From: Robiginitomaculum sp.
GTDB lineage: Bacteria > Pseudomonadota > Alphaproteobacteria > Caulobacterales > Maricaulaceae
Length of the DNA stretch: 63,791 nucleotides
Assembly (NCBI GenBank): GCA_027071965.1
Contig: JALSYJ010000049.1
Coordinates: 1 to 63,791, forward strand
Direction: 5' to 3'
Below the pieces are notes generated by a model. That model had not been told where the DNA came from, did not search any database, and saw only the letters and a list, made by a program, of their open reading frames with translations. The position numbers and the translations under genes were made by a program. This document shows positions 28,185 to 37,405 of this stretch, piece by piece (position 1 is the first letter of the stretch; each line of letters opens with the position of its first letter).

Positions 28185-30626
28185 ATGAAATGTTTTCTTT
28201 CCCATAGTAGTGCTGACAAAGGACGCTATGTGTCTATCGTTGCATCCAAACTTGGCCCGTACGCTGAATATGATGAGAAAACTTTTGAAGAGGGTATGGG
28301 TAACCTTGAAGAAATAATGAATGCAATGAACCGGTCACAAATTTTTGTCTTATTTATTTCGGATCATTCGTTGAACTCAAAATGGGTAAAAACGGAAATA
28401 ACTGAAGCAAAAAGGCTGTTAGTAAATGGCGATTTGAAGCGTTTTTTTCCGCTAATTATCGATAAATCCATTACGCATGAAGATAGTCGTTTACCTGAAT
28501 GGATAAGGCAAAATTATAATTTGAGGCCAATCACTCGACCGGTTGTGGCTGCCAAGAGAATTCGCGAAAGAATGATAGAAGCTTCGTGGAAGTCTCACCC
28601 CATGTTGAAAGAGCGGGATCAAATTTTTGTTGGGAGAAACGCGCAAATTGCAGGTTTCGAACAGAGAATAGACGATTTCAATAAAAGGCAACCTCTAGTC
28701 GTTTTTGCCTCGGGTCTTAGGGAGATTGGCAGAAAGGCCACTATGCGTTACTCATTGCGCAAATCAAATATTGTAAGAGACACTTACGACCCCGCTCGCA
28801 TAGACCTGACACAAGAAGACGGTATCGAAGGTTTTATTACAAAGCTCAATGATTTGGGGTTTTCTGAGGCAATAGACATTTCAAATATGATGGTCCGCAA
28901 ACAGCATGAGAAAGCTATTCTCTGCGCCCAATTATTATCTGATTTATTTGATGCAAAGGAGATAATAATTATTGAAGATCATTACTGTATCGTTCGGTTC
29001 GATAGGGATATTGCGCCTTGGTTTTTGCAGGTCATTGACAACCTTGAAAATGAATCTTTGGGACTCTGTATTGCTACTTCCTCAAAGGCTGCAAAATACA
29101 AATACGTACGGGATGACAGATTCTATTTTATGGAAATACCCGAGTTGGAAAGGACAGAAAGAGACGGGTTGTTTAAGCGTTATTCAGAGTATTTGAAACT
29201 TGAGTTATCTCTTGAAGATTTCAGGAATTTTTCCCCGCTCTTAAATGGGTTTCCTGAGCAGGTTACCTATGCCGCAAGCTTGATCGAAAGCCTTGGGAAA
29301 AAAGACGCGTTCGACAAGGCGGATGAGATAGTTTCATTTTCTACATACAAGGCTAGCATTTTTATCAAAAAATACGAAGAAAATGAAGAAATTATATCCT
29401 TCCTTCGATTTATTTCTTCCTTCGAGTTCATATCGCTAGATTTTATTACTTCTATTGAGAGAAAGTTGAGTAAATCACTCAATGAAATTCTTGATCGTTT
29501 ATTGGCTGACAGCGTTTGTGAACCAATTGGAAATGCTGGTCAGTATTTTAGAGTAAACGAAGTTATTAGAGATGCAATCGTTAGAGACAGGACTCGGCTA
29601 ACGGAGGAGTATAGAACTGCCCTGAGATCGTTTGTTGAAAAATTTTCACATGACTATGACGCCGAATACTATGATATTTCTGAATATCATATTGCGATAA
29701 AAGAAGCGCTCACTTCTGGCATAGAGCTTCCAGAGAGCATGCTTATACCTGCCCATTTTCTGAAAACTATGAAGGATTTGTACAATAAAGGAAGCTATCG
29801 CGAAGTTGTTGCGCTAGCAGATAGAGTGCTGCTTAAAGAGGCTTACTACGACAAGCATACATCGCAGGACATTAGGTACTATCTGTGTCAATCATTGGCG
29901 CGCATGCATAATGTTAGATTTACATCTGAGGTCCAGAAAATCAAAGGTCCAGAGCATGATTTTCTATTTGGATTTTATTATCGCTTAAAGGGAAGATATG
30001 ATGACGCGATAGAGCGATATAAGTCTGCAATGAAAGAACAGCGGACGGAGCAGAGGGCGCGACGAGAGTACGTATTTGTTTTGACAACAGTTGAAGCCTA
30101 TGAAGATGCACTATCTTTGGCAAGGGAGAATTACGAGCGGTACCCTTCAAATCCATTCTTAGTGCAAGCATATTTTAATTGCTTGCTTCATACGTCCATT
30201 GACCCGAATTGTGCTGAAAAGTTGCAGGACGTCTTGGATTCACTAAAAAATATACGAGGTGCGCGTGCCAATGAAATGCTTGATACTTTGACGGCTCGAT
30301 ATGAATTTCAGTTTGGGAATAAAGAACTTTCATTTCAGATGATAAACGCAGCGATAGAGATACATACTAACGTAGTGTATCCCATACTAACAAAACTGGA
30401 TATGGCAATACATGACATGCAGCATGATACAATATCGTCATGTGTAAGAAGGCTCGAAAGTGGACGTATTAGTGCAGGTCACAAAGTGGCCATTTTAAAG
30501 GCAAAGGTAATATTGACAGCCATTGAGGGCGACAAACCAAGGGCCTTGAGAATGATTGATAAAGACCTTGGTCATTTGAATGAGAAAGCAAGAGAGAAAC
30601 TTCAATTGCGTGTTCATGCTGCATGA
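28185..30626 (+). CDS. TIR domain - STAND-like NTPase (degenerate Walker A) - TPR protein (813 aa)
   Basis: N-terminal TIR: KCFLSHSSADK...IFVLFISDHSLNSKWVKTEITEA, with a candidate catalytic Glu. Next comes FVGRNAQIAGFEQRI...PLVVFASGLREIGRKAT, which is STAND-like, but GLREIGRK deviates from GxxxxGK[ST]. The C-terminal third has TPR-like repeats (YYRLKGRYDDAIERYKSAMK...). Confidence 0.75.
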   Translation: MKCFLSHSSADKGRYVSIVASKLGPYAEYDEKTFEEGMGNLEEIMNAMNRSQIFVLFISDHSLNSKWVKTEITEAKRLLVNGDLKRFFPLIIDKSITHEDSRLPEWIRQNYNLRPITRPVVAAKRIRERMIEASWKSHPMLKERDQIFVGRNAQIAGFEQRIDDFNKRQPLVVFASGLREIGRKATMRYSLRKSNIVRDTYDPARIDLTQEDGIEGFITKLNDLGFSEAIDISNMMVRKQHEKAILCAQLLSDLFDAKEIIIIEDHYCIVRFDRDIAPWFLQVIDNLENESLGLCIATSSKAAKYKYVRDDRFYFMEIPELERTERDGLFKRYSEYLKLELSLEDFRNFSPLLNGFPEQVTYAASLIESLGKKDAFDKADEIVSFSTYKASIFIKKYEENEEIISFLRFISSFEFISLDFITSIERKLSKSLNEILDRLLADSVCEPIGNAGQYFRVNEVIRDAIVRDRTRLTEEYRTALRSFVEKFSHDYDAEYYDISEYHIAIKEALTSGIELPESMLIPAHFLKTMKDLYNKGSYREVVALADRVLLKEAYYDKHTSQDIRYYLCQSLARMHNVRFTSEVQKIKGPEHDFLFGFYYRLKGRYDDAIERYKSAMKEQRTEQRARREYVFVLTTVEAYEDALSLARENYERYPSNPFLVQAYFNCLLHTSIDPNCAEKLQDVLDSLKNIRGARANEMLDTLTARYEFQFGNKELSFQMINAAIEIHTNVVYPILTKLDMAIHDMQHDTISSCVRRLESGRISAGHKVAILKAKVILTAIEGDKPRALRMIDKDLGHLNEKAREKLQLRVHAA

Positions 30627-30717
30627 CGGTAGCTGACAGTGTTGTTCCGCGTGCTGCCCCGGTGCTGCCCAGAGCAAATTTGGTAAAACGCAAAAGCCAC
30701 TAACCTATTGATTTTAT

Positions 30718-30762
30718 TGGCGCACCCGGCGAGATTCGAACTCACGACCTCTGCCTTCGGAG
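30718..30762 (-). repeat. Diverged copy of the tRNA-Arg(CCG) 3' half (att repeat)
   Basis: tggcgcacccggcgagattcgaactcacgacctctgccttcggag has the same architecture and breakpoint as 6796-6840. The last 17 nt (gacctctgccttcggag) and the T loop are identical to the intact tRNA. The acceptor and T stems carry compensatory-looking differences. Confidence 0.8.
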
Positions 30763-30900
30763 TTTTCTCAGAGGTTGTATTTTGTGTTTCCTCTAGTGGT
30801 AGGAAATCATATTTATTGCACAATAACAGTATGTTAATGGAATTTTGGAATAATTATTATTATCCCCACTTTCCCTGAATATCCCGAAATGTTATATATT

Positions 30901-30922
30901 TTGGTACCCTCTAGGTACCCCG
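30901..30922 (+). repeat. Left copy of a perfect 22-bp direct repeat, ttggtaccctctaggtaccccg
   Basis: It is identical to 58233-58254, and the flanks on both sides are unrelated. It lies 76 nt upstream of the integrase start. Confidence 0.9.
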
Positions 30923-30998
30923 AAGAACGGGCAATGTGAAAGATTGACCCCTGCCTTCAGATGCCTTTAGGGCAGAGGTCACGATCTGGGGTACCAAA

Positions 30999-32249
30999 AT
31001 GCCTAAAAAATCGCAACAGAAGCTCACCAAGAAGGTTATGGACAACCTCTCTGTAATTCCCGGAAAGGACTACTCTGTTTGGGATAGTGAGCTTGCCGGA
31101 TTTGGCGTTCGGATCAAACCATCTGGCAAGAAGTCATTTCAAATCAAATACCGGACGGAAAGCGGTCGCCAGCGTAAAACAACTTTGGGAAGCTATGGGC
31201 GGCTCACCGTTGAGCAAGCAAAAAAGCTGGCGCGGATCGAGCTTGGGTTAGTTGCTGCCGGTGAAGATCCCGCAGCCGTTCGCATTCGAAAGAAGCAGGC
31301 ACAAAGCGTGGCTGAGCTTTGTGATAAATATTATTCTGATGCCGTTTCTGGCAAAATTCTTTATCGTGGAAAAACTAAGAGCCAATCGACGTTGGCTATA
31401 GATAAGGGGCGCATCAATAGACACATCAAACCTCTTTTGGGAGCCAGAAAATTTGCGGACCTAACACGCGCTGATATTGAGAACTTTATGTTCGCTGTTC
31501 GTGACGGCAAAACAGCCTTGCGAGAGAAAACGGGGCCGCGTGGTTTGGCTCGTGTAAAGGGTGGGATGGGGACAGCAAAAAAGGCAGTTTCTCTTTTGTC
31601 GTCCATTTACAGGTATGCAATCCGTGAAGGATTGATCGAGCACAACCCCTGCCAATATGTCGAATTGCCAGCCGACAATAAACGCACAAGATTTTTGAAT
31701 GAAGACGAATATGGGCACTTTGGGCAAGCTCTCCAAAATGTTCGACAAACCACCACCTATGATCTGGCTTGTCAGGCAATTTTGGTTCTGGCCCTAACCG
31801 GCTGTCGCAGGAGTGAAATTCTGAACCTAAAGCGTGAAGAAGTGGATTTCAAAGGCAGATGCTTGCGATTGCAAAGCACCAAAACCGGCCCACAAATCCG
31901 GCCCTGTGGAAAGGCTGCGCTCGACATATTGAGAAAATTATTGACGCACCATAAAAGCTATTTCGTGTTTCCATCCGGTCGAGGTGATGGCCCTATAACC
32001 AATATCAGATCGCCCATGGTGATGATTGTTCGTCAAGCTGAGTTGGAAGATGTGACGCCACATACATTGCGCCATAGCTATGCCACGGTGGCGCACGAGC
32101 TTGGGTATAGCGAGCTGACCATTGCTGGTTTACTTGGCCACAGTGCTGCCAGTGTCACCAGTCGTTACGCGCACCATGTGGATCATGTGCTCGCAGATGC
32201 GGCAGATAAGGTATCGGCGTTGATTTTGGGTCGCCTCAATTCAGAATAA
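30999..32249 (+). CDS. P4-like tyrosine integrase with a DUF4102 arm-binding N-terminus
   Basis: VWDSELAGFGVRIKPSGKKSFQIKYRTESGRQRKTTLGSYGRLTVEQAKKLA is DUF4102-like. The catalytic C-terminus is HTLRHSYATVAHELGYSELTIAGLLGHSAASVTSRYAH. Confidence 0.9.
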   Translation: MPKKSQQKLTKKVMDNLSVIPGKDYSVWDSELAGFGVRIKPSGKKSFQIKYRTESGRQRKTTLGSYGRLTVEQAKKLARIELGLVAAGEDPAAVRIRKKQAQSVAELCDKYYSDAVSGKILYRGKTKSQSTLAIDKGRINRHIKPLLGARKFADLTRADIENFMFAVRDGKTALREKTGPRGLARVKGGMGTAKKAVSLLSSIYRYAIREGLIEHNPCQYVELPADNKRTRFLNEDEYGHFGQALQNVRQTTTYDLACQAILVLALTGCRRSEILNLKREEVDFKGRCLRLQSTKTGPQIRPCGKAALDILRKLLTHHKSYFVFPSGRGDGPITNIRSPMVMIVRQAELEDVTPHTLRHSYATVAHELGYSELTIAGLLGHSAASVTSRYAHHVDHVLADAADKVSALILGRLNSE

Positions 32250-32331
32250 AACTATTCGTTGCCCAGATTTGCATCACATCTTGTTTTGTGACACAATAGG
32301 ACTACATTATTAGAATAATGATTCACGGAAT

Positions 32332-32625
32332 ATGGCTATGAGCAAAACAGAATATGTCAGGGCGCGTATCCAGCCAGAGATAAAAGATCAGGCGGGTGCA
32401 ATTTTAAGTGAACTTGGTCTTTCCATGTCCGAGGCGATTTCCCTGTACATGAACCAGATTGTCAAACATCGTGGCATTCCGTTTCCGGTCAAATTGCCAA
32501 ATGACGAATTGCTTGCATCATTTCAGCAAAAAGAAAATGGTGAGTTAGAGGAAATTGATGATTTTGAGGCCTATACAGAATCGCTTATAATGGAAGCCGA
32601 TGAAGAGCGTAAAGCAAACCAGTAA
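32332..32625 (+). CDS. dinJ: RelB/DinJ-family antitoxin
   Basis: VRARIQPEIKDQAGAILSELGLSMSEAISLYMNQIVKHRGIPFPVKLPN is a typical DinJ ribbon-helix-helix. It overlaps the toxin gene. Confidence 0.85.
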   Translation: MAMSKTEYVRARIQPEIKDQAGAILSELGLSMSEAISLYMNQIVKHRGIPFPVKLPNDELLASFQQKENGELEEIDDFEAYTESLIMEADEERKANQ

Positions 32626-32869
32626 GTTCAAAAGACAATACAAAACCTGTATCAAGCGTGGTTGTGATCTTCCCAAATTTCTTGCAATTCTAAATTTGCT
32701 ACGCGCAGACAAACCGCTTCCTGTGCGGTGCCGGCCTCATAAACTTGGTGGCAATTACAAAGACAAATGGGAATGTCACATCGAACCTGACTGGCTCCTC
32801 ATCTATGAATTTGATGAGGAAACCGTATATTTGCTTGGTACCGGCACCCATTCTGACCTTTTTCGATAG
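32600..32869 (+). CDS. yafQ: YafQ/RelE-family mRNA interferase toxin
   Basis: FKRQYKTCIKRGCDLPKF...LPVRCRPHKLGGNYKDKWECHIEPDWLLIYEFDEETVYLLGTGTHSDLF matches YafQ-family toxins. It overlaps the dinJ end by 26 nt. Confidence 0.85.
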   Translation: MKSVKQTSKFKRQYKTCIKRGCDLPKFLAILNLLRADKPLPVRCRPHKLGGNYKDKWECHIEPDWLLIYEFDEETVYLLGTGTHSDLFR

Positions 32870-32941
32870 CGTCAGGAAGCTACGGAGCGGCCCCTGCTAT
32901 AGAGCTGTCTTAACACTGAAAGGTTTACACAGGCCGTCTGG

Positions 32942-33202
32942 TTATTGAAATTTTGCGTCCACCTGCGCTTTGAGTGTATCGAAATGCGCATCAATGTCTT
33001 TACGCGAAGAAAGGCGGGTGCCAAGCCCTCGCTCTTTCTGCTTCATAGAAGAAGACACAAGGGCACCGATCTGCGTTTGAGTGTAACCGGGCAGAGAATT
33101 GCTTTCATCATCAACCGCAACGGTGACGAAGGCATCACTGGAAATATCCCCACGCAATTCTGCAGGCAATTTAGAGGCTGGGAAGTTGTACACCGTGTTC
33201 AT
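32942..33202 (-). CDS. Hypothetical small protein
   Basis: ORF only, with the start taken at the Met of MNTVYNF. No family recognised. Confidence 0.35.
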   Translation of the reverse strand: MNTVYNFPASKLPAELRGDISSDAFVTVAVDDESNSLPGYTQTQIGALVSSSMKQKERGLGTRLSSRKDIDAHFDTLKAQVDAKFQ

Positions 33203-33394
33203 GGACCCATCGTAGCAAAAAAAATGCAAAGGAAAAGGGCGTTCCCACTCCCATTAAGCACCAAATTTACTTGGGAATATTTTCCTATTTAAATGCTGAC
33301 TTAATTCAGAAATCAGATTGATTGCAACGATATGATGTAGGGGCAAATTCCCTATTAAGTTGATTGGTATAAATAATTCGATACAAAGATATGC

Positions 33395-35698
33395 ATGAAA
33401 ACAGGCGAATCAAAAATACTGGAGTCGTTAGCTATTACTCAAGCCGCTAGGCAACGTGAATTTGGCAAAAGACGAAAATCTTACGATGAACAGAGATTTG
33501 AGTTCTCTTTGGTACAAGATCGAGAATCTGAAGGCTGGATTTCAACCCGCTCTTTGAAGACGGGTATGAAAATGCGTCGTTCCAAGTCTTTTGATGAAAT
33601 TCTAGAAAACAGGTTTTGGTGCGTTTTGTATAAGTTCGGATACGCCGAACTGAATGTAGGTCGAAAATTTACGGTGCCAATTAAAAATCGGGAAAAACAA
33701 ATTTCAAAGCAAATCGACGTTTTTGCCAAGGATGATGAAACCGTAGTTGTTGCTGAATGCAAGGCTTCGAAAACACTTAGAAAAAGGTCAATGCTCAAAG
33801 ACCTTGGCGAATTTGATGCGAATAAAAAATCAATAGCCGACGCAATAAAAAAGCATTATGGGAAAGATTTCAAACCAAAGATATTATGGTTTTTCGTGAC
33901 CGATAATATTCGCTGGTCTGATAATGATTTAGCTCGTGCTAAGGAAAATAAAATCAATGTCGTGCGTGCACGAGAATTGCTTTATTTTGAAGAATTCGCA
34001 AATAAGATGGGGAAAGCTTCAAAATATCAATTCCATGCTGAATATCTTGCGGGCCAATCAATTCCGGCATTATCCGGGAGAAAAATCCCTGCTGTTGCTA
34101 CTAAACTAGGAGGTAAAAGGGCATATATTTTCTCGGCTCGAGCCGTCGATATTCTTAGAATCGCGTTCGTAAATCATCGAGATCTGCGTGACCCAAGTGG
34201 AGCGCCCTCTTACCAAAGATTGGTGAATCCAAATAGACTAAAACAAATAGGAAAATTTTTAGATGAGGGTGGGTATTTTCCAAATACCATTTTACTGAAT
34301 TTTCATACAAAACCTCGGTTTGATAAAGTCGGGAAAGATAGTCAAAGCTCATTACAGTTTGGGGAAATTTACTTACCAGATAAATACAAAAGTTGTTGGG
34401 TGGTTGATGGCCAACACAGATTATATGGGTGCACATCTGCAGAAAACATGGAAACCATTCCCAATCTTTTTTTTATTGCCTTTGAGGGAATATCAGCAGT
34501 TGAAGAAGCAAATACATTTGTCACTATCAACGATAAACAAACAAAAGTTCCCAAAAAACTTATTGCAGAACTTGATGGCGACATAAAATGGGATTCGAAA
34601 AACCCGAATGAAAGACTTTTGGCAATTGCATCGCGAGCTGTCGATCTGCTGAACACTAAAGGCGGTAGCCCTTTTGAAAACAAAGTTGTTACTCCAGGAG
34701 TTACCGCATCAACTACACAACCCCTAAACTTGCCTCAAATGCAACAAGCAATTTGCCAATCAAAATTGATTGGAAGCGTTTGTCGAAGGACTGGAGAAAT
34801 ATTGCCAGGCCCGTGTTGGGACAGTGACTCTGAAGGGAGCCTTCATCGTCTAGTGAAATTACTATGTTGGCATTTTGAAAATATCGAAGAAGCTAATCCG
34901 GAGAGATGGAATGCTGGAAAAACTGAATATCTTTGCTCCAATTTTGGAGTAGCTAGCCATATTCGGTTAATAGCAGAATTGATTGAATATATTTCAAAAA
35001 AGGAGCATTTCAATTCAGTTGAATGTAGTTTAACTGAAATTCAAGATGCTCTAAAATGCTACTTTAAGCCAGTAATTGATTATATTTCAACAGCAGAAAA
35101 CAAGGATTTTGAAGAACGATTCAAAGTTCCTTTCGGCTCAGGTGGTTTACCTCGATATTATTTTAAATTGGTGGAATTGGTTCGAAAAAAATATCCTGAT
35201 TGGGAACCTGAGGGCTATGAAGACTACATTCAAACAATTTCTGACGAAGAAGCAATTCAAGCGGATAATGATGTAAAATGGGTACAAAACAGGGTACAAA
35301 AATATGTTGTTGACGAATTAAAGAAAAAATATGGTAAAAGTTTTTTTGAACGTGGTGTGCCAAAGCACATTCAAAAAGAATGTCAGAGTAAGAGAATTGA
35401 AGATGATCCAGATAAACAATACTCAGTAGAAACATATCTCGAATGGATCAACATCAAGCAAATTGTGGAGCAAAAAAATGAGAAGGAATTTTTTACAAAA
35501 TCCTTGAGTATTCGACTTCCTGACGAAGGCCGTAAATTGTTTTTTCACACAAAATGGTTTGACGTGTTCAATGAAACAAGACGCATTCAAGCTCATCCAG
35601 TGGGTAGCCGTCACTATCGAGAAAACGATCTTGCTTTTCTCAAGTTAATCACTGAGGAACTGAAGAAAAAACTTTCCAAAACCCAAGGAGATGCGTAG
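33395..35698 (+). CDS. 767-aa fusion: PD-(D/E)xK nuclease-like N-domain + DGQHR (DndB/ParB-like) domain + C-terminal Swt1-type HEPN-like domain
   Basis: N-domain: IDVFAKDDETVVVAECKAS (D...E-x-K). Middle: SYQRLVNPNRLKQIGKFLDEGGYFPNTILLNF...CWVVDGQHRLYG...ANTFVTINDKQTKVPKKLI (DGQHR/DndB pattern). C-terminus: YLEWINIKQIVEQKNEKEFF...WFDVFNETRRIQAHPVG, carrying an Rx4H HEPN motif. Confidence 0.75.
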   Translation: MKTGESKILESLAITQAARQREFGKRRKSYDEQRFEFSLVQDRESEGWISTRSLKTGMKMRRSKSFDEILENRFWCVLYKFGYAELNVGRKFTVPIKNREKQISKQIDVFAKDDETVVVAECKASKTLRKRSMLKDLGEFDANKKSIADAIKKHYGKDFKPKILWFFVTDNIRWSDNDLARAKENKINVVRARELLYFEEFANKMGKASKYQFHAEYLAGQSIPALSGRKIPAVATKLGGKRAYIFSARAVDILRIAFVNHRDLRDPSGAPSYQRLVNPNRLKQIGKFLDEGGYFPNTILLNFHTKPRFDKVGKDSQSSLQFGEIYLPDKYKSCWVVDGQHRLYGCTSAENMETIPNLFFIAFEGISAVEEANTFVTINDKQTKVPKKLIAELDGDIKWDSKNPNERLLAIASRAVDLLNTKGGSPFENKVVTPGVTASTTQPLNLPQMQQAICQSKLIGSVCRRTGEILPGPCWDSDSEGSLHRLVKLLCWHFENIEEANPERWNAGKTEYLCSNFGVASHIRLIAELIEYISKKEHFNSVECSLTEIQDALKCYFKPVIDYISTAENKDFEERFKVPFGSGGLPRYYFKLVELVRKKYPDWEPEGYEDYIQTISDEEAIQADNDVKWVQNRVQKYVVDELKKKYGKSFFERGVPKHIQKECQSKRIEDDPDKQYSVETYLEWINIKQIVEQKNEKEFFTKSLSIRLPDEGRKLFFHTKWFDVFNETRRIQAHPVGSRHYRENDLAFLKLITEELKKKLSKTQGDA

Positions 35699-36573
35699 TG
35701 CAACCGTTCCTAAAATGGGCGGGTGGAAAACGATGGTTGGTTCAGCAAATCCCTCAAATTTTCCCGTTTGAATATAATACATATCTTGAACCCTTCTTGG
35801 GCTCAGCTGCATGTTTCTTTTACTTGGAACCTGAACGTTCGATATTGTCTGATACAAATGGCAAGCTAATTGAGACATACCTAGCTCTAAAAAAATCCCA
35901 CGCCAAAGTTCATGATTTGCTTAAATATCACGCAAGAAATCATTCTGAAGCACATTATTATAAAGTGCGCGCTCAAAAATTGAACGCCCTTCATACAAAG
36001 TCTGCCCAGTTCATTTACTTGAATAGAACCTGTTACAACGGCCTTTACCGTGAAAATAAAAAAGGCATATTTAATGTGCCAAAGGGCACAAAAACAAGCG
36101 TGATTTTATCAACTGATGATTTTAACAAAACAGCCGGTTTGTTGAAGCACTCTGAACTTTGCCATTGTGATTTTGAAGATACAATTGATCGTGCAAATGA
36201 AGGTGATTTAATTTTTGCTGATCCACCATATACCACTGCTCACAACTTAAATGGGTTTGTTAAATACAATCAGAATATATTCAGTTGGAAAGATCAAGAA
36301 CGCTTGAAAGAGGCTCTCGTTAGGGCTGATATGCGGGGCGTGAAAATTCTCGTCACTAATGCAGCCCATCAATCAATTCTAGAGCTTTATTCAGATTTTG
36401 GAAATATTTTTGTATTGAACCGAAGAAGCGTGATCTCAGGACTGAATAAAGGTAGGAGCGATACTTCTGAGTTCCTGATCTCAAATTATAAACTCCCATG
36501 TACGGATATTGAGGAGCTGAAACTTAAAATGCCTCTTTCAAAAGAATATCAAAATTTCGATGCCAGCCCCTAA
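35698..36573 (+). CDS. Dam-family (D12 class) N6-adenine DNA methyltransferase
   Basis: QPFLKWAGGKRWL (motif X/I region), EPFLGSAACFF and catalytic IFADPPYTT. The GTG start shares one nucleotide with the TAG stop of the upstream gene (taGtg). Confidence 0.85.
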   Translation: MQPFLKWAGGKRWLVQQIPQIFPFEYNTYLEPFLGSAACFFYLEPERSILSDTNGKLIETYLALKKSHAKVHDLLKYHARNHSEAHYYKVRAQKLNALHTKSAQFIYLNRTCYNGLYRENKKGIFNVPKGTKTSVILSTDDFNKTAGLLKHSELCHCDFEDTIDRANEGDLIFADPPYTTAHNLNGFVKYNQNIFSWKDQERLKEALVRADMRGVKILVTNAAHQSILELYSDFGNIFVLNRRSVISGLNKGRSDTSEFLISNYKLPCTDIEELKLKMPLSKEYQNFDASP

Positions 36574-36610
36574 TTATAAGGGCTATTCGTGTATATGATA
36601 CACTCCGTCA

Positions 36611-37405
36611 TTAGTTCCAAATTATCAACTCTCCAGCCGTCTTTCTTTTGGCCTCGGCAATGGAATAGGTGACGTTTACTTCTTCCATCTGGAACGCCTG
36701 AAAATTCTCCCGAATTGCCGGACAGTCATTCAGTGAGAGAATGAAGCGGCCTCTGATGCTGGCCAACAGGTCGGCAATTTTCTCAAAGTCAGATTTGCTG
36801 AACAATTGAGAGCCATATTCGCCCTCAGTCCCCCAGTACGGTGGATCAAGATAGAATAGCGTTGATGGTTTGTCATAACGCTTGATACATTCCTCATAGC
36901 TCAGGTTTTCGATAACAACGCCAGACAGACGTTCATGTAATTTTTCGACAATGGGGCCGACCTTGAGGCTGTTGAACCGTGCTGTGGTTTCAGGGGCAAC
37001 GCCAAACGCACGTCTTTCCAGACGCCCACCAAAAGCATTTTTCTGTAAATACAAAAATCTTGCGGCGCGTTCCAAATCCGTTAGCGTAGCTGGGTCAGTC
37101 ATTTTAAGCCGCATAAAATCCTGACGGTTGGTGAGCATAAAGCGCATCATATCCATGAACGGGCCGTAATGGCGTTGCAGGATACGAAACAGGTTTGTCA
37201 CCTCGCCATTATAGTCATTGATGACCTCGCATGGCGGTCGGTGATCACGGCGAAAGAACACACCGCCCATGCCACAAAACGGCTCCACATAGGTCTTGTG
37301 CGAAACGGCATTGATCCGCTTAATCAGGGTGGCGGCAAGGTTTCTTTTGCCGCCAATATAGGGTGCCGGTGGTTTGGCCGGGGATACTTTTGCCAACTGG
37401 TTCAT
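36611..37405 (-). CDS. Second D12-class N6-adenine DNA methyltransferase (orphan, phage/MGE type)
   Basis: APYIGGKRNLA, VEPFCGMGGVFF and LFYLDPPYWGTEG. It is convergent with the first methylase and has an ATGA overlap with the AlpA-like gene upstream. Confidence 0.85.
   Translation of the reverse strand: MNQLAKVSPAKPPAPYIGGKRNLAATLIKRINAVSHKTYVEPFCGMGGVFFRRDHRPPCEVINDYNGEVTNLFRILQRHYGPFMDMMRFMLTNRQDFMRLKMTDPATLTDLERAARFLYLQKNAFGGRLERRAFGVAPETTARFNSLKVGPIVEKLHERLSGVVIENLSYEECIKRYDKPSTLFYLDPPYWGTEGEYGSQLFSKSDFEKIADLLASIRGRFILSLNDCPAIRENFQAFQMEEVNVTYSIAEAKRKTAGELIIWN

Noticed and set aside
30942-30985. Plus-strand tRNA-like piece (ctgcc...ggcagaggtcac) just upstream of the integrase, a possible inverted att remnant
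   Set aside because: Only a 12-nt identity to the tRNA plus a 5-bp stem. A match of that length is plausible by chance in a window this size, and no further tRNA structure is present.
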